Origin: Eledone cirrhosa
Taxonomy: Eukaryota
NCBI GenBank assembly: GCA_964016885.1
Contig: OZ024755.1
Coordinates: 5,456,001-5,520,000, forward strand
DNA: 64,000 nt
Direction of reading: 5' to 3'
The number at the start of each line of letters is the position of its first letter. Position 1 is the stretch's first letter. The notes beneath the pieces are model-generated. The model made no database searches and had not been told where the DNA came from. It saw only the letters and a list, made by a program, of their open reading frames with translations. Below, piece after piece: positions 12,505 through 27,334 of this stretch. Made by a program: the position numbers and the translations under genes.

Positions 12505-12542
12505 GTCTTAACGTTTCGGACACTAGTCCTTCATCAGAAGAC
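12505..12542 (-). ncRNA. Minimal type I hammerhead ribozyme (Penelope-type)
   Basis: Minus strand GUCUU-CUGAUGA-A-GGAC(UAGU)GUCC-GAA-ACGU-U-AAGAC: 5-bp stem I, 4-bp stem II, palindromic ACGU stem III, GUU cleavage triplet. Confidence 0.85.
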
Positions 12543-13049
12543 AGAATGAGAAATAAAAGAAATAGAAAGATGGAGAGTAAAAGAGAAAGAAACGGAAACA
12601 AAAATCCTTTTAGAAAAAACGCTTGTATTTAGTCAGCTTTGATTTGTATTTAAATATATCAGCGTTCAACCTATTAAATATAATTTATTTCCTTTAGCCC
12701 TTCCATACTGAATATTTTGACAAAAACCCTCGCGGATATACGTTTTATTAAACATATAGCAGTTAATATGGAAGCTTTAGGGTTACCAGAAAATTCCTTT
12801 TGAAAAAAATAAATTTTTTTCTGAATAGAATTTTAAGAAATATAGTATAAGGCTTCTTTTCGAGTAATTTTCAATGTATGTAGCTAACATAATAGATTGT
12901 ATTGAGCAGATTCCTGGCAGAACAGACTATCAGACATGTCTTAGAAATAAACTATATCTTACAAGAAGTTACAATGCTTCCAGGAATTGATTGATTTTAT
13001 TTGTCAGATTATTGACGTCTATTAGACGTATTCATACGTACATATATAA

Positions 13050-13135
<86 letters not shown>

Positions 13136-13831
13136 TTACATGCTTATACACACACGCATAACACAAATATATATACATACTTTGATTACCTGTACAGGTA
13201 TATATATATTAGAATGCTGTCGAAGTTTGTATATATTTTTTGGGACAACCTGTGTATGTATACATCGACACATATACATATGTAAAAAACAAAAGAAACA
13301 AAGGATTTAATAAAGTTGTTTATATTTTCGTGTAGCAAAATCTCTATAGAAATTCTTTATTTGACATGTTAGCTCTGACACTCTTCCTCACGGAATTGGA
13401 AGTTATTCAGATTTGCAAGAGTCTCGTATCAATGTCGACTCTGCAACACTCGCTCTCGAAAATCGTCAAAGGTTTTAAATAAATACAAATCTATATATGT
13501 AGGTTCTGACGTTTCTTATAACTTGCCACTAACTGCTTTCCAGATTTCGGATTATATTTTGTGCTATTCATATACTGACAGAAATAGGAAATAAAGGAGA
13601 AAATAAGGCATTGAATTGGGGGACACCAGGTTGTTAAAATGCCGACAGGCTTTTGATAGATTTATCGTGGAAAGGGACACCGGAACTACCTCCGTACTTA
13701 TTGGGATCGGAGGAATAGAGTCGGCCACCCGCAAGTCGAATGGCTTTTCAGCGTATCTCCCTCGTTATATTCCGGAGTTATCCCGTGTGGTGGTCGCTTA
13801 CCGGCATAGCATTAAAAGTGACCCCCCCCCC

Positions 13832-13885
<54 letters not shown>

Positions 13886-13945
13886 GGGTACGTGCACTTT
13901 TAATAGTATACGTGTATGTTTATGTATGCAAATAAATAAATCATA

Positions 13946-13985
<40 letters not shown>

Positions 13986-14459
13986 TTATAGATCTATATT
14001 ATACATATATATCACCAATTTCCATTGTTGCATAAGGTTTATGTTTATAGCCGGGGAAAAAAGCGAAAGCGTGGTTAGATATTTTGATTTATATAGTTTC
14101 CACTATCTCCAATGTCTTCATATTTCAGTTATGGCTTCCAGTTCTTCAGGCTTCCAGTGATGTCTTAATATTGATTGCTACTTTAGTTTATCTAACCACG
14201 ATAGATTGGAATTCAGAACGTAAAGAACTGAAAGAAATGTCGAAGTATATTGTCCAAAGCTCTAACGCAGCGTTTCTCCATGGGTGTTCCCCAAAACCCA
14301 AGGGTTCCGCTAGAGGTCGTTAGGGGTTCCACGAGAAACAGTGATAAAAATATATATTAAGAAATAGTTATTAATAATAATATATAATAATTTTTATGCA
14401 GGGGTTCCCTGAGACATGGGAAGAAATATAGTTTAACGTTTGATATAGTAGGAAAAGAG

Positions 14460-14495
14460 TCTTAACGTTTCGGAAACTAGTCCTTCGTCAGAAGA
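14460..14495 (-). ncRNA. Minimal type I hammerhead ribozyme, second copy
   Basis: UCUU-CUGACGA-A-GGA(CUAGUU)UCC-GAA-ACGU-U-AAGA; flanks ~14420-14598 are homologous to ~12466-12637. Confidence 0.8.
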
Positions 14496-15789
14496 TAGAA
14501 CGAGAAATAAAAGAGGAAACAGAAAGATGAAGACAGACAGAAAGAAAGGAAAAAAAAGATTTTTTCTTTTAGAAAAAACACGCGTGTATTCAGTCAGCCA
14601 TTATATATATATATATATATATAGGGTGTCCCCCCAAGAATGTATGCACACTGTTGAAGTTTGTATATATATTGGGGGGGGGGACACCCTATTATATGTA
14701 TATATAATAGAACATGGGAGTTAGCTAGCTCGAATTTTCGCTGCAACGACTCGCAGCTGATTGGGACTTCTAAATGTATCAAATATATACACCCGCACCA
14801 TTGTGTGTGTGTGTGTGTTCATAATACAAACAACATACGTGTGCACGATATGCATGCTTATCGTTTTAATGGTGAAAAACATTTCAGTGCCTACTGAACA
14901 CGAATTGTGTAGAGTTAGAGACCATTACATTTATTCCATGGAAAGTCAATGACATTTTTCTCTGTCACACAAACACACATATAATTTATACAGACAAACA
15001 CTTTCTCTTTGTCATGCAAATATACACGCATGCTTACACACATATAATTTATACAAAATCTTTCTTTTTCTTTCTCTATGTCATGCAAATATACACGCAT
15101 GATCACACACATAATTTATACATATAAACAGACAAACAAATAAACAAGCACCCATACACACGTACACTTTAAATTGTTGTCTTCGTTCTATAATAAATTG
15201 CATAAGATACTATATATATATTTTTTACAAAAGATCCGTCTGTATAACATTTCGTTGTTATTGTTATATGTGTATTCTGTCAACAATGATGCTAGGAAAT
15301 GGAATATGTAATCAACAGAAGATAACAGTCCGCCATTTTACGGTTTCGGAAGAGAGTTTGCTATCTTCTTCTTTACGTTGAATACAAATACAAACTATTG
15401 ATCAACTTACTATCTAAGAAGCTTTTTAATACAATCGATTTTCTGTCTTGAATAATTTTAAACCTATCATTGTCAAATGCATATTGCTTAAATGTAACAT
15501 TTTAAAATTATGTCCACTGATCTCGAATTTAGGCAGCTAGTCATGAAGCGAAACTATTTCTATCTCGTATGATTTGATTTAGCTCCACTAAAATTATACG
15601 TGTAAGTAGTTTTGACAATTATTGTTTATCCAAAATACCATCAAATAAGAAAGTTTATATACAAAGCTAAGAGTAATCTTAAAATGGATGCCAAACATTG
15701 TAATGTGTTGAAGTCTATTATAGTTTGGTATCAACTCTAGAGGTTTTTTTCCATCGAAATATTGGTCTCTCTCTCTCTCTCTCTCTCTC

Positions 15790-15829
<40 letters not shown>

Positions 15830-15875
15830 CACACACATACAAATATATACGCACACACACACATATATATATAAA

Positions 15876-15974
15876 TAGGGTATCCCAAAAATGTATAAAC
15901 ACTTCAACAGCAGTCTAATAAATATTGCCTGTACGGGTAATTAAAGTGTGTACACATTTTTGGGGGACACCCTG
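15876..15974. mobile_element. ~100-bp Tc1/mariner-like MITE
   Basis: TIR (C)AGGGTGTCCCCCAAAAATGTATACAC. Further copies at ~14622, 17602 (partial), 26171, 30765, 30850, 33593, 49205 and 61263 (partial). Confidence 0.85.
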
Positions 15975-16383
15975 TGTGTGCGTGCGTGTATATATATATA
16001 TATCATTTTATATTCCTTTTTATAAAAGAGAGACTTGAAAAGAAAAACCACTGCCAATAACCCTTTCAGGTTCTGCTACACCAAAGAATATATGTAATTT
16101 TGTTAGATCGATAAAATTGCTATTTCGTTGGAATATCAGGCAACTGGTTGGTTGTAGAGAAAATGTAGCAAGGAATGAGTTTCAGATGAGGGGAGGGGAA
16201 ACCTTAAAAATAAAAATGCAAACGAAAGACACAAAACTCCAGGGTCATCGGCTATTAAGGTGGATTATGGCAGTTTTGACCCGAACCAACGGTACTGCTG
16301 ACCCACCCGGGGTCACAGCATTTGACACAAGCCAAAAGCTGTCCAGTGGAGCAAGAGAGGAAAATCTCGAACGCAGAAGATAA

Positions 16384-16412
16384 CTATAAATAGAGCCGAT
16401 TGCTATAAATAA
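16384..16412. promoter_or_regulatory. Paired MEF2/TATA-like sites (CTATAAATAG, CTATAAATAA)
   Basis: Sites at 16384-16393 and 16403-16412, in a non-repetitive block that also has GGGTCA half-sites. Confidence 0.3.
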
Positions 16413-16629
16413 AAGTGGCCAGCTTATATATGTATATATATATATAGTGTGGTTATGTGTGTACGTGTCGCTACATTTCAGCAAAGTTCAGAGAATAAAG
16501 TGTTTTATCAGTGAAGGAAGAGATAATCACGAAATGTAGGCCATTGCTAGAACTGTTTTCATTGAGAGTAAGACATTGGGTTTGATACCTTTCGGTATTT
16601 GTTTCAGCTTACTTACTGCACTCTCAGTT

Positions 16630-16920
16630 TTAATCCTGCCTCATTCTACCAGGAGTTGCAATAGATAGATAGTATCAGCAACAGAAAAAAAACTAAATGG
16701 AAACATAGCTTCCTTGGTCCGATATGACGACCTGTCTCTTTATTTTTCTGCTCAGTAAACTAGCTGAAATATCAGTTCTAATCTTGCCTCATTCTACCAG
16801 GAGTTGTAATAGATAGTATCAGCAACAGAAGAAAAAATAAAATAAATGGAAACATAGCTTCCTTGGTCCAATATGGCGAACGGTCTCTTTATTTTTCTGC
16901 TCAGTAAACTAGCTGAAATA
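16630..16920 (+). repeat. ~145-bp direct duplication of a SINE-B tail segment
   Basis: ctcattctaccaggagttg...aaatggaaacatagcttccttggtcc...ctagctgaaata occurs twice; related to 29305-29565 and 37320-37410. Confidence 0.85.
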
Positions 16921-18801
16921 TAAAAGTGAACAACAAACAACCCCAAAAAATATTACAGTAAACTATTACAGTGAATTATATTCAGACTGTGCTATACATG
17001 CACCAACTTGCTTTGTCGTTTGTGTTAGTTGTGCTGGTACTGAAGAGAAGAAGAAAAATCAATCTTCATTTTCAAGGTTTTGTATGATTCTATACGATGT
17101 CTTTGATGTTAAAGTTGTGTATATGATTATTAGAAGAGATTTGAAAATATCTAACAAAGAACAAACAAATAAGATAAAATAAAATAAAATAAAATAAAAT
17201 AAAAAAATAAATAAAATATTGATTTTCTAACAGACGAAATTGGATATTGGTTAGTTTTTATTTATTTATTATTATCAGTATATTATTTTATTGAGCATTG
17301 TTTTAGCAGGATTTGGAAATGGGAATTTGTGATATTTATGGCGAGAGTAAAATGAAAAGCGAAACCGGGTCGCAATCTCAACTCAATGACAGTTTTCCTC
17401 ATGTTTTTACAATATATGACATAAAATGAACCTTAATATTGATTTCTCTCAAGCAAGCACTAAGAACTATATAAGTCGATCGAATCAGCTCCGATATCTT
17501 TCCAATACATGTTTCAACTGTGTATTGACGAAAGGCAAAGCCAACCTCCGTCAACATTTCCACGAATAATGTGTATATATATAAAGACAAAACTATATCT
17601 ACAGGGTGTCCCCCAAAAATGTATACACACTTCAACAGCATTCGAATCAAGTCAGTCATTAGACTACAGCCATGCTGGAGCACCGTTTTTGAAGGGACTT
17701 AATTCATAATATCAATCACAGTAATTATTATTTTTTTTTTTAGATCCGTGAGTTATTTTATCGACCTTTTTTAGTCAAACTGCTAAATTACGATAAATAA
17801 ATCAACAGTAAATGTAAATACTGACCAGTGTCATATTTACTATTGTGCTTAGGTGTACTTAAGCATAAGGCCCTGTTGGCCGGGAGGGGGGGGGGGGAGC
17901 TCCCCCCAATCTTTTACGCTGAATTTTTCAAATGTTTTTCAAATGTAAGGGGCCTCATAACTTAACTAACATAGGGCATCATTTGTCCTAAATCCGACAC
18001 TGATACTGACTCACACATGTTAGGTTTTAACAATTTCCCTTTATCAAATTCCTCTCACAGGTTTATGGTATGGTCAACCTGGACCTATATAGGAAGACAC
18101 GTGCCTAGGGTACCATTCAATGTGACTGAACCCTCAAACCAAGCGTTTATAAAAAAGCGGACACCTTAACGAGAACTGTGCCTATGTCAAGTTCTTTGGA
18201 GACAAAGTAAACTTTATGAGGGTGCTAGGGAGAGATGTATAGCTAAACCTAAGTTTATTACTGGCTATCATTCTTATCAATATCAGTCTTAACACAGCAG
18301 TTAACTGTGAAGATATATTAAAAATCGATGATTAGAGCTGAATATGTGATAATTCATTAAATAGATAATACAGAACGCGAGAAAAATGCATAAATATTAG
18401 AATAATGGAAGATAATAAATTTTCATAGTTTCCATGACATAAAGATATCACAAGTTTTCTATTATACACAGAATTTATATACCATAATGAAATGATATAC
18501 ATTTATGAAATAATAGAAAGAAAAATCTCTTTCCAGCTTGTAACGTTCTTATAAGCAACGTTCTGTTGATTTATTAACATAAAATTACCGCCATTGCGAA
18601 GTTGCTATAACAGCAGTTGAAATAAAGTGCTTCGTTGTATGTGTATGAAATTCTAATGATATCTATTACGAATAATTTTCTTATATAATATATATATATA
18701 TATATATTATATATTCTCATATATATGGTTTTTCTCATGTGTGCATATATATAGATATTCTCATAGATATATATTTTTTCTCATGTATGTATGTATGTAT
18801 G

Positions 18802-18842
<41 letters not shown>

Positions 18843-20015
18843 CTCATATATATATTTTTTCTCTATGTATGTATATTCTCTATGTATGTATATTCTCTAC
18901 AAGTATTTTTTCTTTAATTTATCGGCGATAGTATATTTCTGAATAGATTTATTTGAATACACATGTTTAATGGAAAACTATTAAATTTATTTTATTATCA
19001 AAATACGTTTATAATATCATAATGACAAAAAAAAAGGGGGGGAAAAGAAAAAGAAGGAAGAATTTGGGAATAAGGATGACATTACAGATTTGACAAGATA
19101 AAGTATATCTCAGCTGTATACCACGGACAAGATAGCTAAAGTGTTGCTGCGAAGAACAAAACAGCCAGCGAAATTCGCTGCATCAGCCATCCCTCCTCCA
19201 TGTAGGGATGTCTTCGTTCCGTATTATTCATAGCTAAATATCGGTTAGCATCTTCTCTATTAAGTTACAGGATATTTTGTGAACCTAATACTGTGTATAC
19301 GTGTTGATAGATAGATAGACATTGGGCAAATTAAAAACATTATTTTAAGAGCAATGATAAACATTTCTAAATTTTTTTGTTTTCTTAGCTTTGTTTCCAT
19401 ATTTTATTTTTCAGTTTAAAATTCCAAATTTATAAAACTGATTTAATTTTATAAAATGAAATCGGGTGCAAAAAAAACCCCCAAAAAACAACGAACACGA
19501 GAAATATTTTAAACAGAAATTGAAATTCAAACTAATTTAAACTCAAGAATACATAATATTCTACATAACTTAAATTTCTATCCGGTGTTATCGGGTGCTG
19601 GAAAAGCCATTCCAACTCGCGAGGTTCACATCTGCGGCTGATTGGTGAAATCCAGATGATTGTTGCTGTGCAGTGGAACTGAACCCAGGACCACACGGTT
19701 GCCAAACAACCTCCGTAACCATACAACTATATGAACGCTTATATCTATGACTTGGAAATCCTAAAGTGGAATATGTATTTACCACTTTGGAAGCTTAAAT
19801 AGAAATGTGTTTACAACGCAAGAATGATGTCATGAATCCATATAATTCAATTGTTCTGAGCTTTCGCAACACACAATAACTCAACAGAAATACATCCTTA
19901 TATAGATGCAGTCATAGCTACGTGGTTAAGGAGTTCCTTTGGCAATTGCGTGGTTTCAGGTTCAATTCCAGTACGGTGCACCTCGGACAAATTTGATCTA
20001 GCTTCGGGTTGACTA

Positions 20016-20197
20016 ATAATTGTTTCTACTTTTGGCACAAGGCCAGCAATTACCCAGTACATTACTGGTACTTTATTTTATCGACCCCGTATGGATGAAA
20101 GGCAAAGTTAACCTCGGCGGGATTTGAACTCAGTCCGTAAAGGGCCGTAACTCTGCGCTGCAAAGCATGGCGTCCGACCCTCTACCGATACTGCCAA
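20016..20197 (-). mobile_element. SINE family A, near full length
   Basis: Matches the family consensus from ataattgtttctac to gatactgccaa. Confidence 0.9.
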
Positions 20198-22436
20198 AGA
20201 GGAAAATGTGTTGGTGTGTTGGACTTAAGATCATAATGTCATGGGTTCGATTCCTGGGCTGGGTTGTGTTCTTGAGCAAAACACTCCATTTCACATTGCT
20301 TTAATATACTCAGCTGAAAATGAGTACCAGCAGTAATTGATGGTTTTAACACTACGTCCTGTCCAAGGTGGGTGCGTTAGGGGCCTTGTACTCTGTCACT
20401 TAACGCCATGGACACCGAGGTAAGCACCAACTTGATGAGCCTCCGGTTTCGAGACAGACTTTAGTAACAAGTTAGTTAAAATCATGATTACAAAACATTG
20501 GTCCACAAACCCAACCAAAAGAGATTGTAACTTTTTACGTTAGTCGCAGCCGGGAGAGGAGTTGGGCTTCACCAGGTTTAAAGACGCCCTAGAAACGCCG
20601 TATGTCAATATGGCACCCTCAGCAGGTACAGGACCATGCACACATACATGTTAGTCGTATATGGAAGCCAATTAATGCTTCAAGCAGTTACCTAATGATT
20701 AATTACTGACTGTTAATCTACTTGACACAAGTACATAGTGTTTTGTTTACAGGAGGAAATAAATTATTCTTGTCTTTATGTGATAACGATAATTAATTTC
20801 AGCATTTCTATCTGACATCATATAAACGTCTCTTTACAGGGAGAGAGAAAAGAATTCGTTAAATTTGATGTAGTATTGTGTATATAGGTGCAGGAATGGC
20901 TGTGTGTGATTAAGGATTAACTTCAGATTCACTCCCATTGCGTGGCACCTTGAGCAAGTATCTTCTACTATGGCCCCAGGCTGATATATAGCTTGTGAGT
21001 GACATTTGGTAGACAGCAACTTCAGAAGACCATCAAATGAGTGTGTCCGTGAATAAGATTACAAATTATCTAATTATAAAACCCACTTCATACTTAAAAA
21101 CTAAACAAAGAATATTTAATTAAAGAAAAAAATGAAATAATATTTTATTTTAGCTTTGGAGGACATCTGTTGCTTTGTACAACATATTACATCGCCAGCG
21201 ATTCTTTTTTCTATTATACACACGCACATTATATATAATACGTATTTTATTATAGTTGTATTATATATACACACACATTATATATATATAAAATATGTAT
21301 TTTATTATAGTTGTATTATATATACACACACATTATATATATATATAAAATACGTATTTTATTATAGTTGTATCTATTATATATATACATATAAAATACG
21401 TATTTTATTATAGCTGTATCTATTATATATATACATATAAAATACGTATTTTATTATAGCTGTATTATATATATATATAATTCTTTATATGTATAGCTAT
21501 CGGAAAAAGTAAACATCCTGGTAAAAGCTAATAGCAAAAAAAAAAAAAAAAAAAAAAAGAAATAATATAAATAAGAAAAATGTAGAGAGACAACTGTAGA
21601 TAAATTATAGACGTACTGATAGTGAAATGAAATTGAATTAAAAGATAAAAAAAAACCCCGAACGAATTTATCTGACATGAATATAGTAGAAGAAATTTCA
21701 GTTTAAAATGTCTACGAGACGAATGTTAAGCTTGTTGTGTACAACTTTTATAACATAGTTAATGATACTTGCCATGAAGTGATTGTGGTACCAGACTAAT
21801 TGTAGTAATCCTATCTAAATTCCATTAGTAAGAGCATGGGAGGTATATCGATACAATCTCAAAAAGATGTTTTTACTGATAGTGTATAGAATACGGAAGA
21901 CATTAAGATGTTGGATAGAATACTTTGCAGTATATGTCCCGACTGTCTACCCCCTCTCTCTCTCTGTCTGAGTGAGTGTACACATCTCACCGGTGTCGCC
22001 TTTGCCTTCCACCCTTTTGAGGTCGATAAATAAACTATCATTCAATACTGAGTTTGTTTCTCTATAACTTTCCACTTCCTCTCTCTTTTTCCTTAAGAAA
22101 TCAATCATGTTCAGAGCTGGGAAGGAAGGAATGGGTTCCGTTAGTTTTAAAATGCTCATGGCCTGCCTTATGTCCCTACAGCGCCACCCACCTTACGTAC
22201 AGACAGATAGATTGACAAGATACGAGGTGGAGATTTGGAGAGGAGATGGGCTCTGCCAGGTTCAGAAATGAACTAAAAACGCCGCATGTCAATACAATGT
22301 CCCCAAGACTCCCCCAGGAGATAGAATATTAAAACATCAACCGGAAGAAAGACGCATTTAAACTGTTACCCGAAAGAAATATTTATTTATTGGGTGGATT
22401 AAGAAAATTACTGGAATTTAAACCCTCAAGACTTAC

Positions 22437-22488
22437 GGAACCATGCATGCAGATTTCTTGATCTCCAGAGAACCTGATTCTATACCTC
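22437..22488 (-). CDS. Candidate 52-nt exon of a minus-strand gene (GIESGSLEIKKSACMVP)
   Basis: Minus-strand acceptor gtcgatgttttgcAG and donor GTAAGT; ends in phase 2, compatible with 9048-9077. Confidence 0.5.
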
Positions 22489-23570
22489 CTGCAAAACATC
22501 GACACACAGGCACGCTTGTATAAAGGGTCTTGAACATAAACTTATTTAGTATATTGCTGAGGAAGATTTCGTGAATATATTGACTGTATAAAATATGGGT
22601 CCCACAGTATAGAGCTTGAACAGGATTGTATTGGAAACATTTTACTTGGTGAATAAAGAAAACAATGCAAGCTGAAGTTATAGGGAGAGCATAAATCACT
22701 TAACTTCATTTATATATCGAAATATCTAGATTAGAAGAAGATGGTAATGTGAGAGAGTTGCTTGACTAATATGTAGGTCTCTATGATGATTTTAAATCTG
22801 GAGCAAGTTCTGCTCACAACGAACAAAATCACAAAAACAGACAAAACAGTGAATCTGAGATGCAAACGAAAAAAAAATTCTCAAATAAAGAACAGTTTTT
22901 AAAAATAATTTTTGAAGCTTCATAACAATAGACGCAAATGACAATAGAAGCAGACGACAATAGACAAAGTTTCGCATGCAGACAGATGTATACATCTATA
23001 CAAGACAATTTGAAAATGCACCTAGTTGGCATAGGGTCATGCACAGAGTGAACACATAAAAAAAAAAAAAACGAAAGAGAGAGAAAAATCGGAATAAATA
23101 TCCTTTTTTGCAAAATTTATAAAAAGCCTATAAAAATATGCTGATACAAGCCAATAAATTCAGAACAAATAAAACAGCATTCAACTCATTTATTTCATTC
23201 TTTAATTCATTCGATCTTCAATCGATCTGCCCCCCCCCACAATATTTTCTAAGTCAATCGGCAATTTTACATATGCAGTAGTTTTTTTCCACGTATAATA
23301 CAAATAAAATTTTGAACTAAGATTAAGGGGGGAAAAATACGTTTTCAGAAATAGTTTTAAAATATTGCTGATACGTATATATAACTGTTGTTTATACAAC
23401 ATGTTAGACATTCAGTGGTTTTATATTCTTTGATATCATGAGAAATTGGATATTGTAGTATATAACATATATGTGGTTCGATGCCCATAACTGGTTATGT
23501 CCAGTTTTATCCACCTTACGTTGAGCTTGTAAATCTATTATTTAAGTTTCTCATATATACATAAGTCGGC

Positions 23571-23644
<74 letters not shown>

Positions 23645-24160
23645 GACACGTTTAAACACACATGCCCAGACACACATACAAGAATGGAATGCACATATGG
23701 ATATTTTCTTTTCTATCTCTATTTCGTATTCCAGCCGACAGACTGAGGCCATGCTGGGACACCGATACACACACACATCTATCTATCTATCTCTATCTCT
23801 CTATATACACACACATAAAAATGGCGTGCACTAGTGTACATATGGATTACCAACCATCCACCCCCACATCACACACACATATGTCTAGTATATTATATAT
23901 ATCATATGTTGGTGAAATATCCCACTGATTTGATGACTGTGGTGAAATATATTACTGTTATATATAGCCAATCAATTTGGAAAAGAGATCCAATTATTGC
24001 CACAGTGCAACACTATTATATTTTCATGTGACCAAACAATATTCGATTATTCATTGATTGAACTTTTATTGCCTATAATACTTCTATTTTCGGTAAATAT
24101 TTTTATATACTGTAAATTCATCACTTTTTATTTCATAAAGGGCAACACATAAAATTACAA

Positions 24161-24253
<93 letters not shown>

Positions 24254-24603
24254 GAAGTTGGAAATAACACGGAAAATATATTTAAGGCTCTGTTTTTCTT
24301 TTTTTATCCTTTCTTTGGTTCATCAAAGTGACATTATTGAAAAGATAACATTATTGAAAAAATGAGAGGGACAATTCTTTTTAAAAAAAAGTTTTATAAT
24401 GTATATAAAGTATATGATGTATATAAAGTATATAATGAATTACCGGTTTCGATGTATTATTAAAAAATATCTTATCAAATGTTGAGTATTGAAATAAAAA
24501 TGAAAAAGAATAGGAGTTAAAAGCTAAAAATTAAAGATTTAAAATTCAAATCAAATGGAGTAAGTTTTCTTCCATCTTTCTTGGTGAAAATTTATATATA
24601 TAT

Positions 24604-24781
24604 GAAAAGAGTCAGGACCCCGACGGCTGAGCTCCGGCCATTTCGACAGCTAGACCCAAGTTCAGGTCTAGCTGTTGAAACGGCCGGAGCTCAGCCATCG
24701 AAGTCCTGACTCTTTTCCTATTGTATTGAGTACTCTGGTGTGTTATGGTCCACCTGATATCTTACCACACCCTCTTTGTTT
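24604..24781 (+). mobile_element. Palindromic hammerhead-derived mini-element in (TA)n
   Basis: Hairpin 24604-24717. Arm consensus GAAAC-GGC-CGGAGCTCA-GCC-GTC-GGGGTC. Tail GTATTGAGTACTCTGGTG...CTTACCACA. Confidence 0.75.
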
Positions 24782-25047
<266 letters not shown>

Positions 25048-25411
25048 GCTAGGACTGATCTCCTCAAATATTAAGAATACAATACAAGTAAGAATGATCC
25101 TGTTTGTCTCTCATAGTAAGCGGTGGTTTATGCAGCGGCCATTTATTCAGATGACCTTGGCATTGTGGACACCAGTGTCTTCGCAGATGAATGACTATTA
25201 AGCCGACAATGGGTTGGCACAAGTGGTCAAATCTATGAGTATGCATTCTAGCCATTAGAAAAAGCAAAACAAATGCTTCACCATCAACAGAGGAGTGACT
25301 GAGGAAGAAGAACGAGAAGAATTCATTCAACCACACTAAAGGATTGGTCTTACTCTTATCATTTAGGAAGTGTCTTAGATTAAAAAAAACCAAAAGCAAC
25401 TGACATCCAAT

Positions 25412-25610
25412 AATTGGTTCTATATTTGGCACAAGGCCAGCTATTTAAAGGGAAGGGGAAAGTCGATTAAATTGATCCCACTGCATTACTGGTACTTATC
25501 GTATTGACACTGTAAGGATGAAAGGCAGAATTGACCTGGGCGATATTTAAACTCAGAAGGTAAAAGGACATAAAACATATTAACCAACACTCTATCGATA
25601 CTGCCAATCA
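25412..25610 (-). mobile_element. Diverged SINE family A
   Basis: ggcacaaggccag...ggatgaaaggc...gatactgccaatc. Confidence 0.8.
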
Positions 25611-26075
25611 AATACTGTAATCGATAACGATCAATATTAGCTTATACCTGTGATCTGGAACCTAGGTTCATATGAGCCAAAAGGGGTCACAAAAATAATT
25701 TTGGCACTTTTGGCCTCTGCCCCCCCCCCCATCATCAACAATAACAACAACAAAAGAGGTTCCCACAGGATTCATCAATAAAGTTAGTTCTTCATGATAT
25801 TCTACAGTTTCTACTTTCATGTTTTCTTTTATTAAATGGGATGATTTTTTTCTATAAAGGGGGAAAAAACGACTTACATTTATGTATTGCCCCTGATCTA
25901 GTTTGTCTGTTAATTGTGGTTTGTATTGTGAATGGTTGGAGAAACCTGGTATACGCTGTAGTAATAGAAGTAGGTACCAACATAGTCACACCTGACTGCT
26001 GGCAACAAAGCACTAAACTATTTCTAATAGATTGCACACATTTATATATAAATATATATATATATCAAAATCACT

Positions 26076-26114
<39 letters not shown>

Positions 26115-26275
26115 TATATCGGACGTAAAATGATGGTGATGATATATATATATACACACACACATACATACAGCGTGCCCCCCCAAAATGTATACATACT
26201 TTGATTAGAATGCTGATGAAATGTATTTACATTTTTGGGGGACACCCTGTATATATATATATATATATATATTGT

Positions 26276-26333
<58 letters not shown>

Positions 26334-27171
26334 TGTAATTCTCTCTCTCTCTGTATGTATATATATATATATATATATATACGCTACGTTTGTTAAAGGA
26401 TTAAGCAAACTGATGTCGATATATTTATAGTACACACACTGAAGGCACATGAAAGAAGAGCAAGTATGAATGAATAAAACATGATTTACTGAGTGACTGA
26501 GTTTCTATTGGTACAATGAATTGATTGACGAAAGGAAATTAAAACGTTACATAACATTTAATGGGCCATTGGGTCACAAGCGAAGAATTTGTCTTCATGG
26601 CAGTGTGTAAAAAAAAAACAAAAAAACTAAAACCAAGTCAGCATATCGTTACACTTCCTTCTGCGGGCTATTAACTTATAACCAGATATAGCAGCCTAGA
26701 AAGAAGGAAGGAGAGAGTGAAACGAATTGGTTCAACAGAGAGCCAAACATGTTTTTACAGTCACTCTCTCCACACAGCACTCAGGCATAACTATGCTTGT
26801 GCAGTGGAATGTAAACCTTATTTATCCCTATCCCTCCTTATGCATACAGCCTTAAACCTTTCATGATAAATGTGTACTACAAAATTGAAAGGAGTTTCCC
26901 AGAAAATATTTCTTAATTCCGATTAAGAAACACACTTGAAATCCAGGCCACTTGAACCTCACCAAATATATTTGTATTCACATCTAATCACAAACATTTC
27001 GTTGAGGATACACTACCGACGTGAAATGCTTTTATATTGCTTAAACCGGTTTATTCTTGCAGCGTTACAATGTAACTTCCACGGCAAAACACCTTTATTA
27101 TCTACACTATATATATATTTTTTCCAATTCCAACCCGCCCATCCCCTCAATCTATCTTATTTCTCATTCTT

Positions 27172-27207
27172 TCTTCTGATGAAGGACTAGCATTCGAAAC
27201 GTTAAGA
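27172..27207 (+). ncRNA. Minimal type I hammerhead ribozyme, third copy of the ACGU family
   Basis: UCUU-CUGAUGA-A-GGA(CUAGCA)UUC-GAA-ACGU-U-AAGA. Flanks are homologous to the 12.5-kb copy, and the tail runs into (TA)n at ~27295. Confidence 0.75.
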
Positions 27208-27290
27208 CCCTCTTCCTGCTATATCAAGTGTCAACCTAATATATCCCTTCCATATACTGTACCGATTGTGTTGTTATTCTATTTACCTTT

Positions 27291-27334
<44 letters not shown>

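Noticed and set aside
13500-13550. Minus-strand GAAACGTC with upstream CTGGAAA
   Set aside because: Core is not CUGANGA and the stems are unconvincing.
13616-13873. 85-aa ORF in a GC-richer block
   Set aside because: TTG start, no convincing splice sites, no recognisable domain; probably a TE relic, unresolved.
22818-22854. Minus-strand 37-nt exon
   Set aside because: U-rich intron-like content, weak GTGAGC donor, and joining it to the next exon creates a stop in the peptide frame.
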